A stretch of DNA of 64,000 nucleotides from Nitrospira sp. (GTDB lineage Bacteria; Nitrospirota; Nitrospiria; Nitrospirales; Nitrospiraceae): contig AP038806.1 of assembly GCA_047150005.1 (NCBI GenBank), positions 3,744,001 to 3,808,000 on the forward strand, in the 5' to 3' direction. The notes beneath the pieces were generated by a model. The model saw only the letters and a list, made by a program, of their open reading frames with translations. It did no database searches and was not told the origin of the DNA. Within the stretch, counting starts at the first letter, position 1, and each line of letters begins with the position of its first letter. Shown one piece after another: positions 30,730 to 40,254 of the stretch. Made by a program: the position numbers and the translations under genes.

Positions 30730-31907
30730 GGAAGGTCTGATTTATTCCTCTTCCGAGATATGCTAAGGATGGCGCCTCACTTCTGAGGAGGCACCCCCAT
30801 GCCGCAACAGACCTTTGCCGAGGGCACGTTCGAACAGTATCGCAAACCCACCCGCCGCGAGCGGTTCCTCGACGAGATGGATCGCGTGGTGCCGTGGGCG
30901 GAGTTGGTGGCCGTGATCGAGCCGGTCTATCCCAAGGCCGAGGGCCCGGGGCGTCCACCGATCGGGATCGAACGCATGCTGCGCCTCCATTGTCTGCAAC
31001 AATGGTTCAACCTGTCGGACCCCGCCGTGGAGGAAGCGTTGTACAACTCGCGGGCCATGCGGCAGTTCGTGGGCATTGATCTGGGCCGTGAGCCCGTGCC
31101 CGACGAGACGACCATCTGCAAGTTTCGGCATCTCTTGGAGGCCCACGAGTTGGGGAAACAGCTCTTTGCGCGGATCGGCACGTATCTGGCGGCGCAGGGC
31201 TTGACCGTGAGCCGGGGCACCATCGTGGATGCCACCATTATCAGTGCCCCCAGTTCGACGAAGAATCGTACGAAGGAGCGGGATCCGGAGATGCATCAGA
31301 CAAAGAAGGGAAACCAGTGGTACTTCGGCATGAAGGCCCATATTGGCGTGGACAGCCGCACCAAGCTGATTCATTCGGTCGCGGCCACGGCGGCGAATAT
31401 CCATGACAGTCAGGTGTTGCCCAAACTGCTGCATGGGCAGGAGACCCGGGTGTGGGGCGACTCAGCTTATAGCGGGCAACGTGACGTGATGCAGCGCCAC
31501 GCCCCCAGGGCCAAGAGCTTCGTGCAGACGAAAGCCCATCGCCATCAGCCGCTGAGTGAACCGGAGCGGGCCAGGAACCGGACGAAGTCGAAGGTCCGTG
31601 CGAAGGTCGAACATGTGTTCTTGGTGATGAAGCGGATCTTCGGCTGGGCCAAAGTCCGGTACCGTGGGTTGGCGAAGAACACCCACTGGCTCCAGATCAG
31701 CTGCGGCTTGGCCAATCTGTACATGGTGCGGCGACGGCTTTTGGCGGAGACGTAGGGAACGGGGGTCCGGAGACTGGCAACGAGCCATCGGACGGTGGGT
31801 GCGCCCCATGAACAGGCTCCCGGACCAGCGGATGCCTACCGGATTCGTCCTGCTGATCAGCCCAGGAACAAATTTCTGAGTGGAAATGTGAATAAATCAG
31901 ACCTTCC
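30730..31907 (+). mobile_element. IS5-family insertion sequence
   Basis: Perfect 18-bp terminal inverted repeats GGAAGGTCTGATTTATTC; CTAG target duplication at 30726-30729 and 31908-31911. Confidence 0.95.
30799..31755 (+). CDS. IS5-family transposase
   Basis: TRRERFLDEM, GTIVDATII, TKKGNQWYFGMKAHIGVD, RAKVEHVF. Confidence 0.95.
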   Translation: MPQQTFAEGTFEQYRKPTRRERFLDEMDRVVPWAELVAVIEPVYPKAEGPGRPPIGIERMLRLHCLQQWFNLSDPAVEEALYNSRAMRQFVGIDLGREPVPDETTICKFRHLLEAHELGKQLFARIGTYLAAQGLTVSRGTIVDATIISAPSSTKNRTKERDPEMHQTKKGNQWYFGMKAHIGVDSRTKLIHSVAATAANIHDSQVLPKLLHGQETRVWGDSAYSGQRDVMQRHAPRAKSFVQTKAHRHQPLSEPERARNRTKSKVRAKVEHVFLVMKRIFGWAKVRYRGLAKNTHWLQISCGLANLYMVRRRLLAET

Positions 31908-31915
31908 CTAGGATG

Positions 31916-32644
31916 CTACTCGAGACGATGAACGCGTTGTTCAAGGCGTTCAACTCGGTCCTGCAGTTGACTGTGAGATAGCTGGATGACGGCGCGCGTT
32001 TCTCTGAACTGTTCATCCATATGAGCACGTTCCTCCGCATGCCGCTGACTCAGATGCATTTGAAACCCTTCGGCGACCAGTTGAAGCTCATGCCTCAATT
32101 CTTCATTAAGGATACCGCTGTGACGCCGGGCTTCGGCAATATCAGCGCTCAATTCCTGCTTAAGTCCATTCGACAGGACCTCACTGCGGCTTCGGACCTC
32201 GGCGATATCATCTCGAAGCGATGTAGTCGCCTGTTGAAGCTCTCCCCGGAGATCTCCAGTGAGAGCCTCCGCGTGGCGCCGCGCATCCGCAATATCAGCC
32301 CGCAATTCCTGTCCAAGTTCATTGGAAAGAAACTCGCTGTGGCGTCTCGCTTCAGCGATATCAGCCCGCAGCGAGTCGGCAACCAGTTGGAGATCTCCCC
32401 GAAGGACACCTGTGTCGCGCCGAGCCTCGGCAATATCGGCCTTTAATTCGTGTCGCATTTCATTCGATAGAATCTCGCCGTGTCGTCGAGTGTCTGCGAT
32501 GTCGGTCCGTAGCGAGTCGGCAACGAGCCCGAGTTCTTCCCTGAGAACACCTGTGTCACGTCGAGCCTCGGCAATATCAGCACGCAGCGACTCAGTCGCC
32601 GCGCCGATGATCTCTTGAATTTGTATCAGCGATTCCTGATCCAT
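31916..32644 (-). CDS. Modular coiled-coil repeat protein (paralog 2)
   Basis: Same N- and C-terminal caps as 26505-27422 with alternating 25/22/29-aa modules. Confidence 0.85.
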   Translation of the reverse strand: MDQESLIQIQEIIGAATESLRADIAEARRDTGVLREELGLVADSLRTDIADTRRHGEILSNEMRHELKADIAEARRDTGVLRGDLQLVADSLRADIAEARRHSEFLSNELGQELRADIADARRHAEALTGDLRGELQQATTSLRDDIAEVRSRSEVLSNGLKQELSADIAEARRHSGILNEELRHELQLVAEGFQMHLSQRHAEERAHMDEQFRETRAVIQLSHSQLQDRVERLEQRVHRLE

Positions 32645-32821
32645 ACGCTCCGCCTCAAGACACGCGAAGTGTAGGCCTGGGCATGTACGAAGTCAACGAT
32701 CCGCGACGAGGAAAAGCTACGCTGCAACTGGCGAAATACAATCATTCAATGGAAAAGCCAAACACCAAATACCAAATATCAAAACCCGAAACTCAAAACC
32801 CGAAATTCGAAACAATGTCCA

Positions 32822-34054
32822 GGGTGGGTTCAACCAGTCACGGCAACACCATTTGGTCTACATATAGATGTGGAGGAGGGTCTGTATGGGGCAAATGGGG
32901 CGTCCGGGTTTGTCTGCAGCCCAGAAAGCGGATCTTTGGCAACGATGGAAGCAGGGACAGTCCTTGAGCGAGATTGGCCGGGCGCTCGGCAAGCACGCCG
33001 GCTCCATTCACGGCGTCGTGTCGTCGAACGGAGGATATATTCCTGCCGTCCGGCGACGGTCACGCTGGTCACTGACGCTGGCGGAGCGAGAAGAGATTTC
33101 TCGGGGCATGGCGAAGCAACTCTCCATTCGCCAGATCGCGATTTCGCTTGGTCGTGCGCCGTCGACGGTCAGTCGGGAAATCACCCGCCATGGTGGACTC
33201 TGCGCGTATCGCGCCGCCGCAGCCGACGCGCGGGCCTGGGAGCGTGCTCGGCGTCCCAAACCTTGCCGGCTCGCGACGTCCCCCGCGCTGCAGCGAATCG
33301 TCGCCAGGAAACTGCAGTGCGATTGGTCGCCTGAACAAATCGCGGGATGGCTCAAACGGGCATTTCCCAATCAGGACACGATGCGGGTGTCGCACGAAAC
33401 GATCTACCGCAGCTTGTTTATTCAAGCCCGCGGCGTCTTCAAGAAGGAATTGATGGGCCATCTCCGATCCCGACGCCGGATGCGGCGGTCGAAGCACGCG
33501 CATACAGAGGGCCAGTCGCGCGGGCAGATCGTTGATGGCGTCTCCATCCGCGACCGTCCCGCGGCCGTACACGATCGAGCGATTCCCGGTCATTGGGAAG
33601 GGGACTTGATGGCTGGTTCACACAATTCACACATCGCCACGTTGGTGGAACGGCAGTCACGGTTCACGATGCTGGTCAAGGTACCGGGCAAAGATACGGC
33701 GAGTGTGGTGACGGCGCTGAGTCAGCAGGTGCGTACCCTGCCTGCAGCCTTGCGCCGATCCTTGACCTGGGATCGCGGCATGGAATTGGCGCAGCATAAA
33801 CAATTCACCCTTGCCACCAAGGTGCAGGTCTATTTTTGCGACCCGCAAAGCCCCTGGCAGCGGGGTACCAATGAAAATACAAACCGTTTGCTGCGTCAAT
33901 ACTTCCCGAAAGGCATGGACCTGTCACAGCACTCCCAGGCAGACTTGAACAGAATCGCGTTACGCTTGAATCAACGCCCGCGGAAGACGTTGGGATTTCA
34001 GACACCAGCGGCTATACTCGCGGCAGGTGTTGCGCTCACTGGTTGAACCCACCC
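32822..34054 (+). mobile_element. IS30-family insertion sequence (type A)
   Basis: About 29-bp imperfect terminal inverted repeats GGGTGGGTTCAACCAGT..GCAACACC; no clear target duplication; ends uncertain by 1-2 bp. Confidence 0.88.
32886..34046 (+). CDS. IS30-family transposase
   Basis: WSPEQIAG, SHETIYRSLF, PGHWEGDL, TWDRGME, SPWQRGTNENTNRLLRQY. Confidence 0.95.
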   Translation: MGQMGRPGLSAAQKADLWQRWKQGQSLSEIGRALGKHAGSIHGVVSSNGGYIPAVRRRSRWSLTLAEREEISRGMAKQLSIRQIAISLGRAPSTVSREITRHGGLCAYRAAAADARAWERARRPKPCRLATSPALQRIVARKLQCDWSPEQIAGWLKRAFPNQDTMRVSHETIYRSLFIQARGVFKKELMGHLRSRRRMRRSKHAHTEGQSRGQIVDGVSIRDRPAAVHDRAIPGHWEGDLMAGSHNSHIATLVERQSRFTMLVKVPGKDTASVVTALSQQVRTLPAALRRSLTWDRGMELAQHKQFTLATKVQVYFCDPQSPWQRGTNENTNRLLRQYFPKGMDLSQHSQADLNRIALRLNQRPRKTLGFQTPAAILAAGVALTG

Positions 34055-34407
34055 CCGCATGTTTTAAGCGGGGAGCGGGAATCCAGGCCCCTCTTCAAAG
34101 CGTCCCTTCCCACAGGTCTTGCCACTGTTCCCCAGGCAAACCCGAACCCAGAAGCTGGAAAACCCAAATACCAAAACTCCAAATCACAACAAAACTGAAA
34201 TCCCAACGAGAGACTGGCTCCGCACAGGCAGGAAGGAGTCGTGGTCGGTCACATTCCCAGGACAATCCGAAACTCGAAACCCGAAACCCAGCAGTCAGGA
34301 CTTCCCAGTCATGTCGGATTTAACCGCCCTCGATTCTCGTCTGGACCAGGCCAATGCTTGTCAGGCCATCATCAACACGGTATGCTTCGGCAAATAAGGA
34401 GCTCAGG

Positions 34408-34698
34408 ATGGGAGTCGCGGAACTGCTGAAAAACAAGCGGGAAATAATCCTGCGCGTAGCACACGACCATGGAGCTCACCACGTCCGAGTGTTCGGCTCC
34501 GTTGCGAGGGGTGAAGCTCGGCCAGAGAGTGACATTGATTTTCTGGTCGAAATGGAAAATGGTCGTAGTTTACTGGACCTCATTAAGCTCGGCCAGGCAC
34601 TTGAGATCCTCCTGCAGCGGAAAGTGGATGTGCAGACGGAGGGAGGTCTGAGTCCACATCTAGAAGAACGCATACACGCTGAAGCCGTTCTCTTATGA
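34408..34698 (+). CDS. Minimal nucleotidyltransferase (MNT) antitoxin
   Basis: VFGSVARGEARPESDIDFLV; AGGAG RBS. Confidence 0.9.
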   Translation: MGVAELLKNKREIILRVAHDHGAHHVRVFGSVARGEARPESDIDFLVEMENGRSLLDLIKLGQALEILLQRKVDVQTEGGLSPHLEERIHAEAVLL

Positions 34699-35039
34699 AG
34701 GACGACCGTGTCTACCTGCTCCATATTCGGGACGCCATCCGACAGATTGTCGAATACACAGTGACAGGAAAAGACGGTTTCTTGGCGGATCGCAAAACTC
34801 AAGATGCGGTCGTTCGAAACTTGGAGATCATCGGCGAGGCAGCCAAACGACTATCTTCAACCCTTAAGGAATCCCATCCCAACATTCCCTGGAAACCCAT
34901 CGCCGGAATGAGGGACAAGCTGATTCACGACTATTTCGGCGTCAATGTGCAACTGGTGTGGGATGCCGTTGAACGTGACCTGCCGATCTTGTACGAGAAG
35001 GTAACGACCCTACTGGGAGGTGTAAAGGAAGGATCATAA
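34695..35039 (+). CDS. HEPN (DUF86) toxin
   Basis: DAVVRNLEIIGEA, GMRDKLIHDYF (Rx4H); ATGA overlap with MNT. Confidence 0.9.
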   Translation: MKDDRVYLLHIRDAIRQIVEYTVTGKDGFLADRKTQDAVVRNLEIIGEAAKRLSSTLKESHPNIPWKPIAGMRDKLIHDYFGVNVQLVWDAVERDLPILYEKVTTLLGGVKEGS

Positions 35040-35097
35040 CGAAGGGCATGTCCCGATCTGACATAAGGGCTTATACGTTCCCAATCCCGTCTCCTTT

Positions 35098-35362
35098 AAC
35101 CCGTAACCCGAAACGCAGCACTCAGGACTTAGGACTCAGGACTCAGCACTTCCTAGGCGCACTCAGCACTTCCTAGGCGCACTCAGCACTTCCCAGGAGC
35201 ACCCAGCACTTCCCAGGCGCACCCAGCACTCAGCACTTCCCAGGAGCACTCAGCACTTCCCAGGAGCACCCAGCACTTCCCAGGCGCACCCAGCACTCAG
35301 CACTTCCCAGGCGCACTCAGCACTTCCCAGGAGCACCCAGCACTCAGGACTCAGCACTTCCC
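35098..35362 (+). repeat. Tandem array of about nine 20-bp units CAGCACTTCCyAGGmGCACy with interspersed heptamers
   Basis: Direct reading of 35143-35340; heptamer runs on both sides. Confidence 0.9.
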
Positions 35363-35365
35363 AGA

Positions 35366-35398
35366 GTGACCTCCGCTGTCACAGCCAGGTCTTATAAT
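35366..35398 (+). promoter_or_regulatory. Candidate WYL-activated promoter 3: GTGAC-N7-GTCAC-N10-TATAAT
   Basis: Palindrome 35366-35382; perfect TATAAT at 35393-35398. Confidence 0.72.
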
Positions 35399-35541
35399 GC
35401 TTGCCGTGAGCCTGTCGAACGGTACGATGCCGCCGGATAAACTGTGAAATGCCGGCCAAATCGGATGACTTTCAATAAGCACTGCGCTAGACTTCGAACT
35501 CCATCGAATGAGCAAGCACGACCCAAGGGGCATCTGACCGA

Positions 35542-35829
35542 ATGAGTCAATTTCCACTGGTTTTTCGGGTCCATGCGATCCAGCGAATGTTCCAACGCAA
35601 AATCACTAGGGAAGAAGTGAAGCAGGTAATGATAGGCGGAGAAACAATTGAAACGTACCCCACCGACGTACCGTATGCGAGCCGACTCGTATTGGGATGG
35701 AGCGGCACGCGGCCCCTGCACGTGGTGGCAGCCGATGATACTCATGCCCGGGAAACGATCATTATTACGGTCTATCAACCAGATGTTTCGGAATGGGAAG
35801 CGGGTTTCAAGCGGAGGAGGAGGTCATGA
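35542..35829 (+). CDS. DUF4258-like putative toxin
   Basis: HAIQRMFQRKI..IETYP..LVLG..RPLHVV..IITVYQPD..W. Confidence 0.85.
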   Translation: MSQFPLVFRVHAIQRMFQRKITREEVKQVMIGGETIETYPTDVPYASRLVLGWSGTRPLHVVAADDTHARETIIITVYQPDVSEWEAGFKRRRRS

Positions 35830-36053
35830 AATGCGTGATTTGCAAGACTGGAGAAACCCAGCCGGGCGCCGCCACTGTGACGTTGGAGCGGGAGGGTGCG
35901 ACAGTAGTGATTAAAGCTGTCCCGGCTCGAGTGTGCACGAACTGTGGAGAAGAGTATGTGGAGGAAAACACCACGGCTCGCTTGTTACAGATTGCCGAGG
36001 AGGCCGTGAGGGCCGGGGTCCAGGTAGATGTCAGAATGTATGCCGCGGCCTGA
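35826..36053 (+). CDS. YgiT-type zinc finger (MqsA-like) antitoxin
   Basis: MKCVICK...VPARVCTNCGEEY; GGAGG RBS; 4-bp overlap. Confidence 0.88.
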   Translation: MKCVICKTGETQPGAATVTLEREGATVVIKAVPARVCTNCGEEYVEENTTARLLQIAEEAVRAGVQVDVRMYAAA

Positions 36054-36109
36054 AAGCGCTTCTCAGCCTTGAGACTCAGCCTCCCGCCTCCCTAGCACCA
36101 AGCGTCAAG

Positions 36110-36366
36110 CTCCAAATCCGAAACTCCAAATCTCAAGATCCCCATAGGGGCTGCGCTTCCTGACCTTTTTTAATCCGAAACCTGAAACCCGAAACCCGAA
36201 ACGCAGCACTCAGGACCCAACACTTCCTGGTGACACTGGGCGCTCACCATCTCGCGCCCGTCCGCAAACGTGACGCTCCTTATTCGTCGCGTCGCGGACC
36301 TCAGCACTTATCACCCAGCACTCAGCACTTCCCAGGAACACCCAGCACTCAGGACTCAGCACTTCC
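36110..36366 (+). repeat. Composite heptamer spacer
   Basis: Shares blocks with 29463-29512 and 29601-29637 (GCTCCTTATTCGTCGCGTCGCGGACCTCAGCACT). Confidence 0.85.
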
Positions 36367-36370
36367 GAGA

Positions 36371-36403
36371 GTGACCTCCGATGTCACAGGTTCGCTATAG
36401 AAT
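36371..36403 (+). promoter_or_regulatory. Candidate WYL-activated promoter 4: GTGAC-N7-GTCAC-N10-TAGAAT
   Basis: Palindrome 36371-36387; TAGAAT at 36398-36403. Confidence 0.72.
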
Positions 36404-36428
36404 GCCTCCGCAGCGGAAAGGAGAACAT

Positions 36429-36992
36429 ATGAAACCCATCCTAACGTCCAGATTTGAAGAGGCATTGATCTTTGCCACGCGACTCCATGCAACTCAACTC
36501 AGGAAGGGAACAACGATCCCCTACATTGCCCATCTCCTCAGTGTCGCCAGTCTGGTAATAACCCATGGAGGAAACGAGGACGAAGCTATTGCCGCGCTGC
36601 TTCATGACTCCATCGAAGATCAGGGAATGACTGGTGCGTTGCTCGAAACCAGATTCGGCAAATCGGTGGCCGACATCGTCGAAGCCTGCACCGATACTGA
36701 CGTGACGCCGAAGCCACCCTGGAGAGAACGGAAAGAAAAGTACTTGCCGCATCTTGCCACTGCTTCTCCGTCCGTAAAACTGGTCGCTGCGGCAGACAAG
36801 CTCGACAATCTCAGGGCAATCCTCGCCGACCATCGGATGCTTGGTCCGGCCCTGTGGATCAGATTCAATGCCGGATACGAGGACCAGGTCTGGTACTTCC
36901 GCGGCTGCGCTACGGCGCTCCAGGATGGACCGGCTTCACTACAGAAGGAATTGGAAGCGGCCGTTCAGCAACTGGAAAAACTGGGGAGGTGA
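36429..36992 (+). CDS. Stand-alone HD-domain protein, small alarmone hydrolase / Mesh1-like
   Basis: HATQLRKG..PYIAHL, AALLHDSIED, KLVAAADKLDN; AAGGAG RBS. Confidence 0.88.
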   Translation: MKPILTSRFEEALIFATRLHATQLRKGTTIPYIAHLLSVASLVITHGGNEDEAIAALLHDSIEDQGMTGALLETRFGKSVADIVEACTDTDVTPKPPWRERKEKYLPHLATASPSVKLVAAADKLDNLRAILADHRMLGPALWIRFNAGYEDQVWYFRGCATALQDGPASLQKELEAAVQQLEKLGR

Positions 36993-37224
36993 ACTATTCC
37001 AGCCCGCAAGTTTAGACACCGGTTCGGACCGGTAATTAGGTCGGCAACGGTCTTACCAGTATTGCCACAGGAGAAATCTGGTAGAAGTGCGTGACCTTTT
37101 TCGCTTTCCAGTCTCGGTTCCGCCAGACCTCTTGAGAGTGATTGCATTCTTTGGAGGAAATGGGTAAACCCGTTCCAGCTTCGCAGGCTTTGACAAAGCG
37201 CCCCGCGTCAGAAGACCAGGCTGC

Positions 37225-40200
37225 ATGAGCCAAACAGTCATTGAAAATCCGGTCATCAATTCGCCCTTCACCGAGCCCGCTCGGCATTTTCGATTTACGG
37301 ACGAAGGCATCACAGACGACATCATAGAAGAGCGGCGCACAAGCTCGTACTTTATCCCCATCGCTCGTCCCAAGAAGAAAGGCAAGCAACTCGGATTTGA
37401 TACGGACTGGACTCAAGATCGCATTGAGGAGAACAAGCTCGTCAATCGAGTTCGCGAGCGAGTCAAGCAATGGCGAGCAGGAGGGTATGTCGGAACCACA
37501 CAAACGACTCGCCACCTGCTCGATTACTGGACCAACGATCAGCGAGAGCGCAGGCTGTTCTTCTGCCAAATTGAGGCGCTCGAAACCGCCATCTATGTGA
37601 CAGAAGTAGCGGGCAGGTACGGCGATGCCTGGATTGACAATACGCTGCGCGAGGCGAATGAGTCTTCGAATCCTGGGCTGCCACGGATGGCCTTCAAGAT
37701 GGCGACAGGATCGGGGAAGACCGTTGTCATGGCCATGCTCATCGCCTGGCAGGCACTCAACAAGTTGGCGAACCCACAGGATGCCCGCTTTAGCGATACC
37801 TTTCTGCTCATCACCCCCGGCATCACGATCCGCGATCGGTTGCGGGTCTTGCTGCCGAATGATCCGGACAACTATTACCGCCAGAGGGACATCGTATCGC
37901 CGGAAGCACTCGATCGCCTCCAGCAAGCCAAGATCCTCATCACCAACTTCCATGCGTTTCAGCTTCGGGAGAAGATTGCCGCCGGAAAGCTCACCAAGTC
38001 GATCTTGGCGGATGGCAACACAGGCCTCTTCACGGAAACGCCGGATGAAATGGTGCGGCGTGTGCTCCGGGAGTTGGGCAATAAGAAGAACATGATCGTC
38101 ATCAATGACGAAGCCCACCATTGCTATCGCCGGAAGCCGGACGGTCACGACGAGAAACTTGTCGGCGATGAGCGCCGTGAAGCGGAGAAGCGGGATGAAG
38201 AGGCGCGGGTGTGGATTTCAGGTATCGAGGCCATCAAGCAGAAGGTCGGCGTCAAGGCGATCTATGATTTGTCGGCCACGCCGTTTTTTCTGCGAGGCTC
38301 CGGCTGGCCTGAGGCCACACTTTTTCCGTGGGTGGTGTCCGACTTCTCACTGATCGATGCCATCGAATCCGGCATTGTGAAAGTGCCGCGTGTGCCGGTT
38401 GCCGACGATTCGATGCAAGGCGAACAGCCGACGTATCGTGATCTGTGGCTGCGCATCCGCGAAGACCTTCCTAAGAAGGGTCGTGGTTCGGACGCGGTGG
38501 GAGGCGAACCGAAGCTTCCCGCCGAGTTACAGGGCGCCTTGCTCAGTCTGTACGGCAACTATGACAAGTATCATCGGGTGTGGGAACACAACGCCGACGC
38601 GCGTGCCAAGGGGTTGACGCCGCCGGTCTTCATCGTCGTGTGCAACAATACCAATGTCTCCAAGCTGGTGTTCGACTACATCGCAGGGTGGGAAAAGCAG
38701 ATCGGCGACCGCGCCGTAGTCCAGGCGGGGGCATTATCGCTCTTTCGGAACGACGATGGGCACGGCGGATGGGTGCAGCGCCCCAAGACTATTCTTGTAG
38801 ACAGTGAGCAGCTCGAATCCGGCGAGGGGATGAGCGATGACTTCAAGAAAATCGCTGCCCGAGAGATCGAAGAGTTCAAAGCCGAATACCGCACCCGTTT
38901 CCCCGGTCGCGACGCCGACGATCTCTCCGACGAAGACTTGCTGCGCGAGGTGATGAACACCGTCGGCAAAGCCGGCCGGTTAGGCGAACACGTCAAGTGT
39001 GTCGTCAGTGTCTCCATGCTCACCGAAGGGTGGGATGCGAATACGGTCACCCATGTCCTTGGCGTCCGCGCATTCGGCACGCAGTTGCTGTGTGAGCAGG
39101 TGGTGGGGCGTGCATTGAGGCGCATGAGCTACGCAATCAACGCAGATGGGCGCTTCAACGCCGAATATGCCGAAGTCTATGGCGTGCCCTTCTCCTTCAT
39201 TCCGACGAGCGGCAGCACTCCCGATCCGAAGCCGGGACCGATTCCGACTCGTGTGCGCGCACTGGATGATCGCATCGCCTGCGAAGTGACGTTCCCGCGA
39301 CTGATGGGCTATCGCTACGAATTACCCGACGAACGGCTGCGTGTCCGGTTCACCAAGGATTCGATGTTGGCACTGTCAACGGCCGACATTCCGACAAAGG
39401 TCGATAACGCGCCGATCGTGGGGGAAGCCAGTGTGCATACGCTGGACGACCTCAAACGTCGCCGCCTGAACGAAATCGCGTTTCTCCTGGCCAAGCTCAC
39501 GCTGGAGAAGTATTTCCGCCAGGACGGTGAGGCGCGCACCGATCGCCCGGCCAAGCACCAGTTCGATGCCGACGTCAAAACGTGGCTGTTTCCCCAATTG
39601 CTCGCCATCGCTAAGCGCTGGCTGAACGAATGTGTCACCCTCAAGGACAACACATTTCCCCAGTTGCTTCTGCTCGTCGAGTTTGCGCACGATGCCGCCG
39701 ACCGGATCTACAAGGCCATTGTCGGAGCCGATACCGGAAGCCCTGCGTTAAAGCCGATCCTTCGCCCATACGACACCGTCGGTTCCACCCGCTATGTGGA
39801 TTTCGACACCATCCGCTCCGTCTATCCCACCAGGCCGGACAAATGCCATGTCTCCCACGTGGTGGCCGATACGGGGTCATGGGAACAGAAAATGGCGCTG
39901 GCGCTGGAGGAGATGGACGAGGTGGTGCGCTATGTGAAAAATCACAGCCTGGGCTTTATCATCCCCTACACGCTCAACGGCGAAGAGCGCCAGTACATCC
40001 CCGACTTCATCGCGGTGCTCGATGATGGGCAGGGCAGCGCAAACCCACTCAATCTAATTGTCGAGGTGACGGGCGAAAAGAAAAAGGATAAGGAAGCCAA
40101 GGTCAGTACCGCGCGCACGTTATGGGTGCCGGCGGTGAACAATCACGGCGGCTTCGGGCGCTGGGCCTTCATCGAGATTGCCGATCCGTGGGATGCGCAG

Positions 40201-40254
40201 AATGAGATTCGCCGACTGTTGGCATCGTCGCAAGGGTGTGCGACCGGCCGTTGA
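37225..40254 (+). CDS. res: Type III restriction endonuclease Res subunit
   Basis: KMATGSGKT, INDEAHH, SATP, MLTEGWD helicase motifs; C-terminal YIPDF..IVEVTG nuclease-like motif. Confidence 0.92.
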   Translation: MSQTVIENPVINSPFTEPARHFRFTDEGITDDIIEERRTSSYFIPIARPKKKGKQLGFDTDWTQDRIEENKLVNRVRERVKQWRAGGYVGTTQTTRHLLDYWTNDQRERRLFFCQIEALETAIYVTEVAGRYGDAWIDNTLREANESSNPGLPRMAFKMATGSGKTVVMAMLIAWQALNKLANPQDARFSDTFLLITPGITIRDRLRVLLPNDPDNYYRQRDIVSPEALDRLQQAKILITNFHAFQLREKIAAGKLTKSILADGNTGLFTETPDEMVRRVLRELGNKKNMIVINDEAHHCYRRKPDGHDEKLVGDERREAEKRDEEARVWISGIEAIKQKVGVKAIYDLSATPFFLRGSGWPEATLFPWVVSDFSLIDAIESGIVKVPRVPVADDSMQGEQPTYRDLWLRIREDLPKKGRGSDAVGGEPKLPAELQGALLSLYGNYDKYHRVWEHNADARAKGLTPPVFIVVCNNTNVSKLVFDYIAGWEKQIGDRAVVQAGALSLFRNDDGHGGWVQRPKTILVDSEQLESGEGMSDDFKKIAAREIEEFKAEYRTRFPGRDADDLSDEDLLREVMNTVGKAGRLGEHVKCVVSVSMLTEGWDANTVTHVLGVRAFGTQLLCEQVVGRALRRMSYAINADGRFNAEYAEVYGVPFSFIPTSGSTPDPKPGPIPTRVRALDDRIACEVTFPRLMGYRYELPDERLRVRFTKDSMLALSTADIPTKVDNAPIVGEASVHTLDDLKRRRLNEIAFLLAKLTLEKYFRQDGEARTDRPAKHQFDADVKTWLFPQLLAIAKRWLNECVTLKDNTFPQLLLLVEFAHDAADRIYKAIVGADTGSPALKPILRPYDTVGSTRYVDFDTIRSVYPTRPDKCHVSHVVADTGSWEQKMALALEEMDEVVRYVKNHSLGFIIPYTLNGEERQYIPDFIAVLDDGQGSANPLNLIVEVTGEKKKDKEAKVSTARTLWVPAVNNHGGFGRWAFIEIADPWDAQNEIRRLLASSQGCATGR

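Noticed and set aside
32815..34060. Target duplication for IS30 type A
   Set aside because: Flanks are not a direct repeat; the right flank abuts a REP-like hairpin but the junction cannot be resolved
35048..35064. Second copy of the higBA operator (ATGTC-N7-GACAT)
   Set aside because: Spacer differs from the N6 site at 40259 and no associated gene follows
35098..35362. CRISPR array
   Set aside because: Units are contiguous tandem repeats without unique spacers, and there are no cas genes in the window
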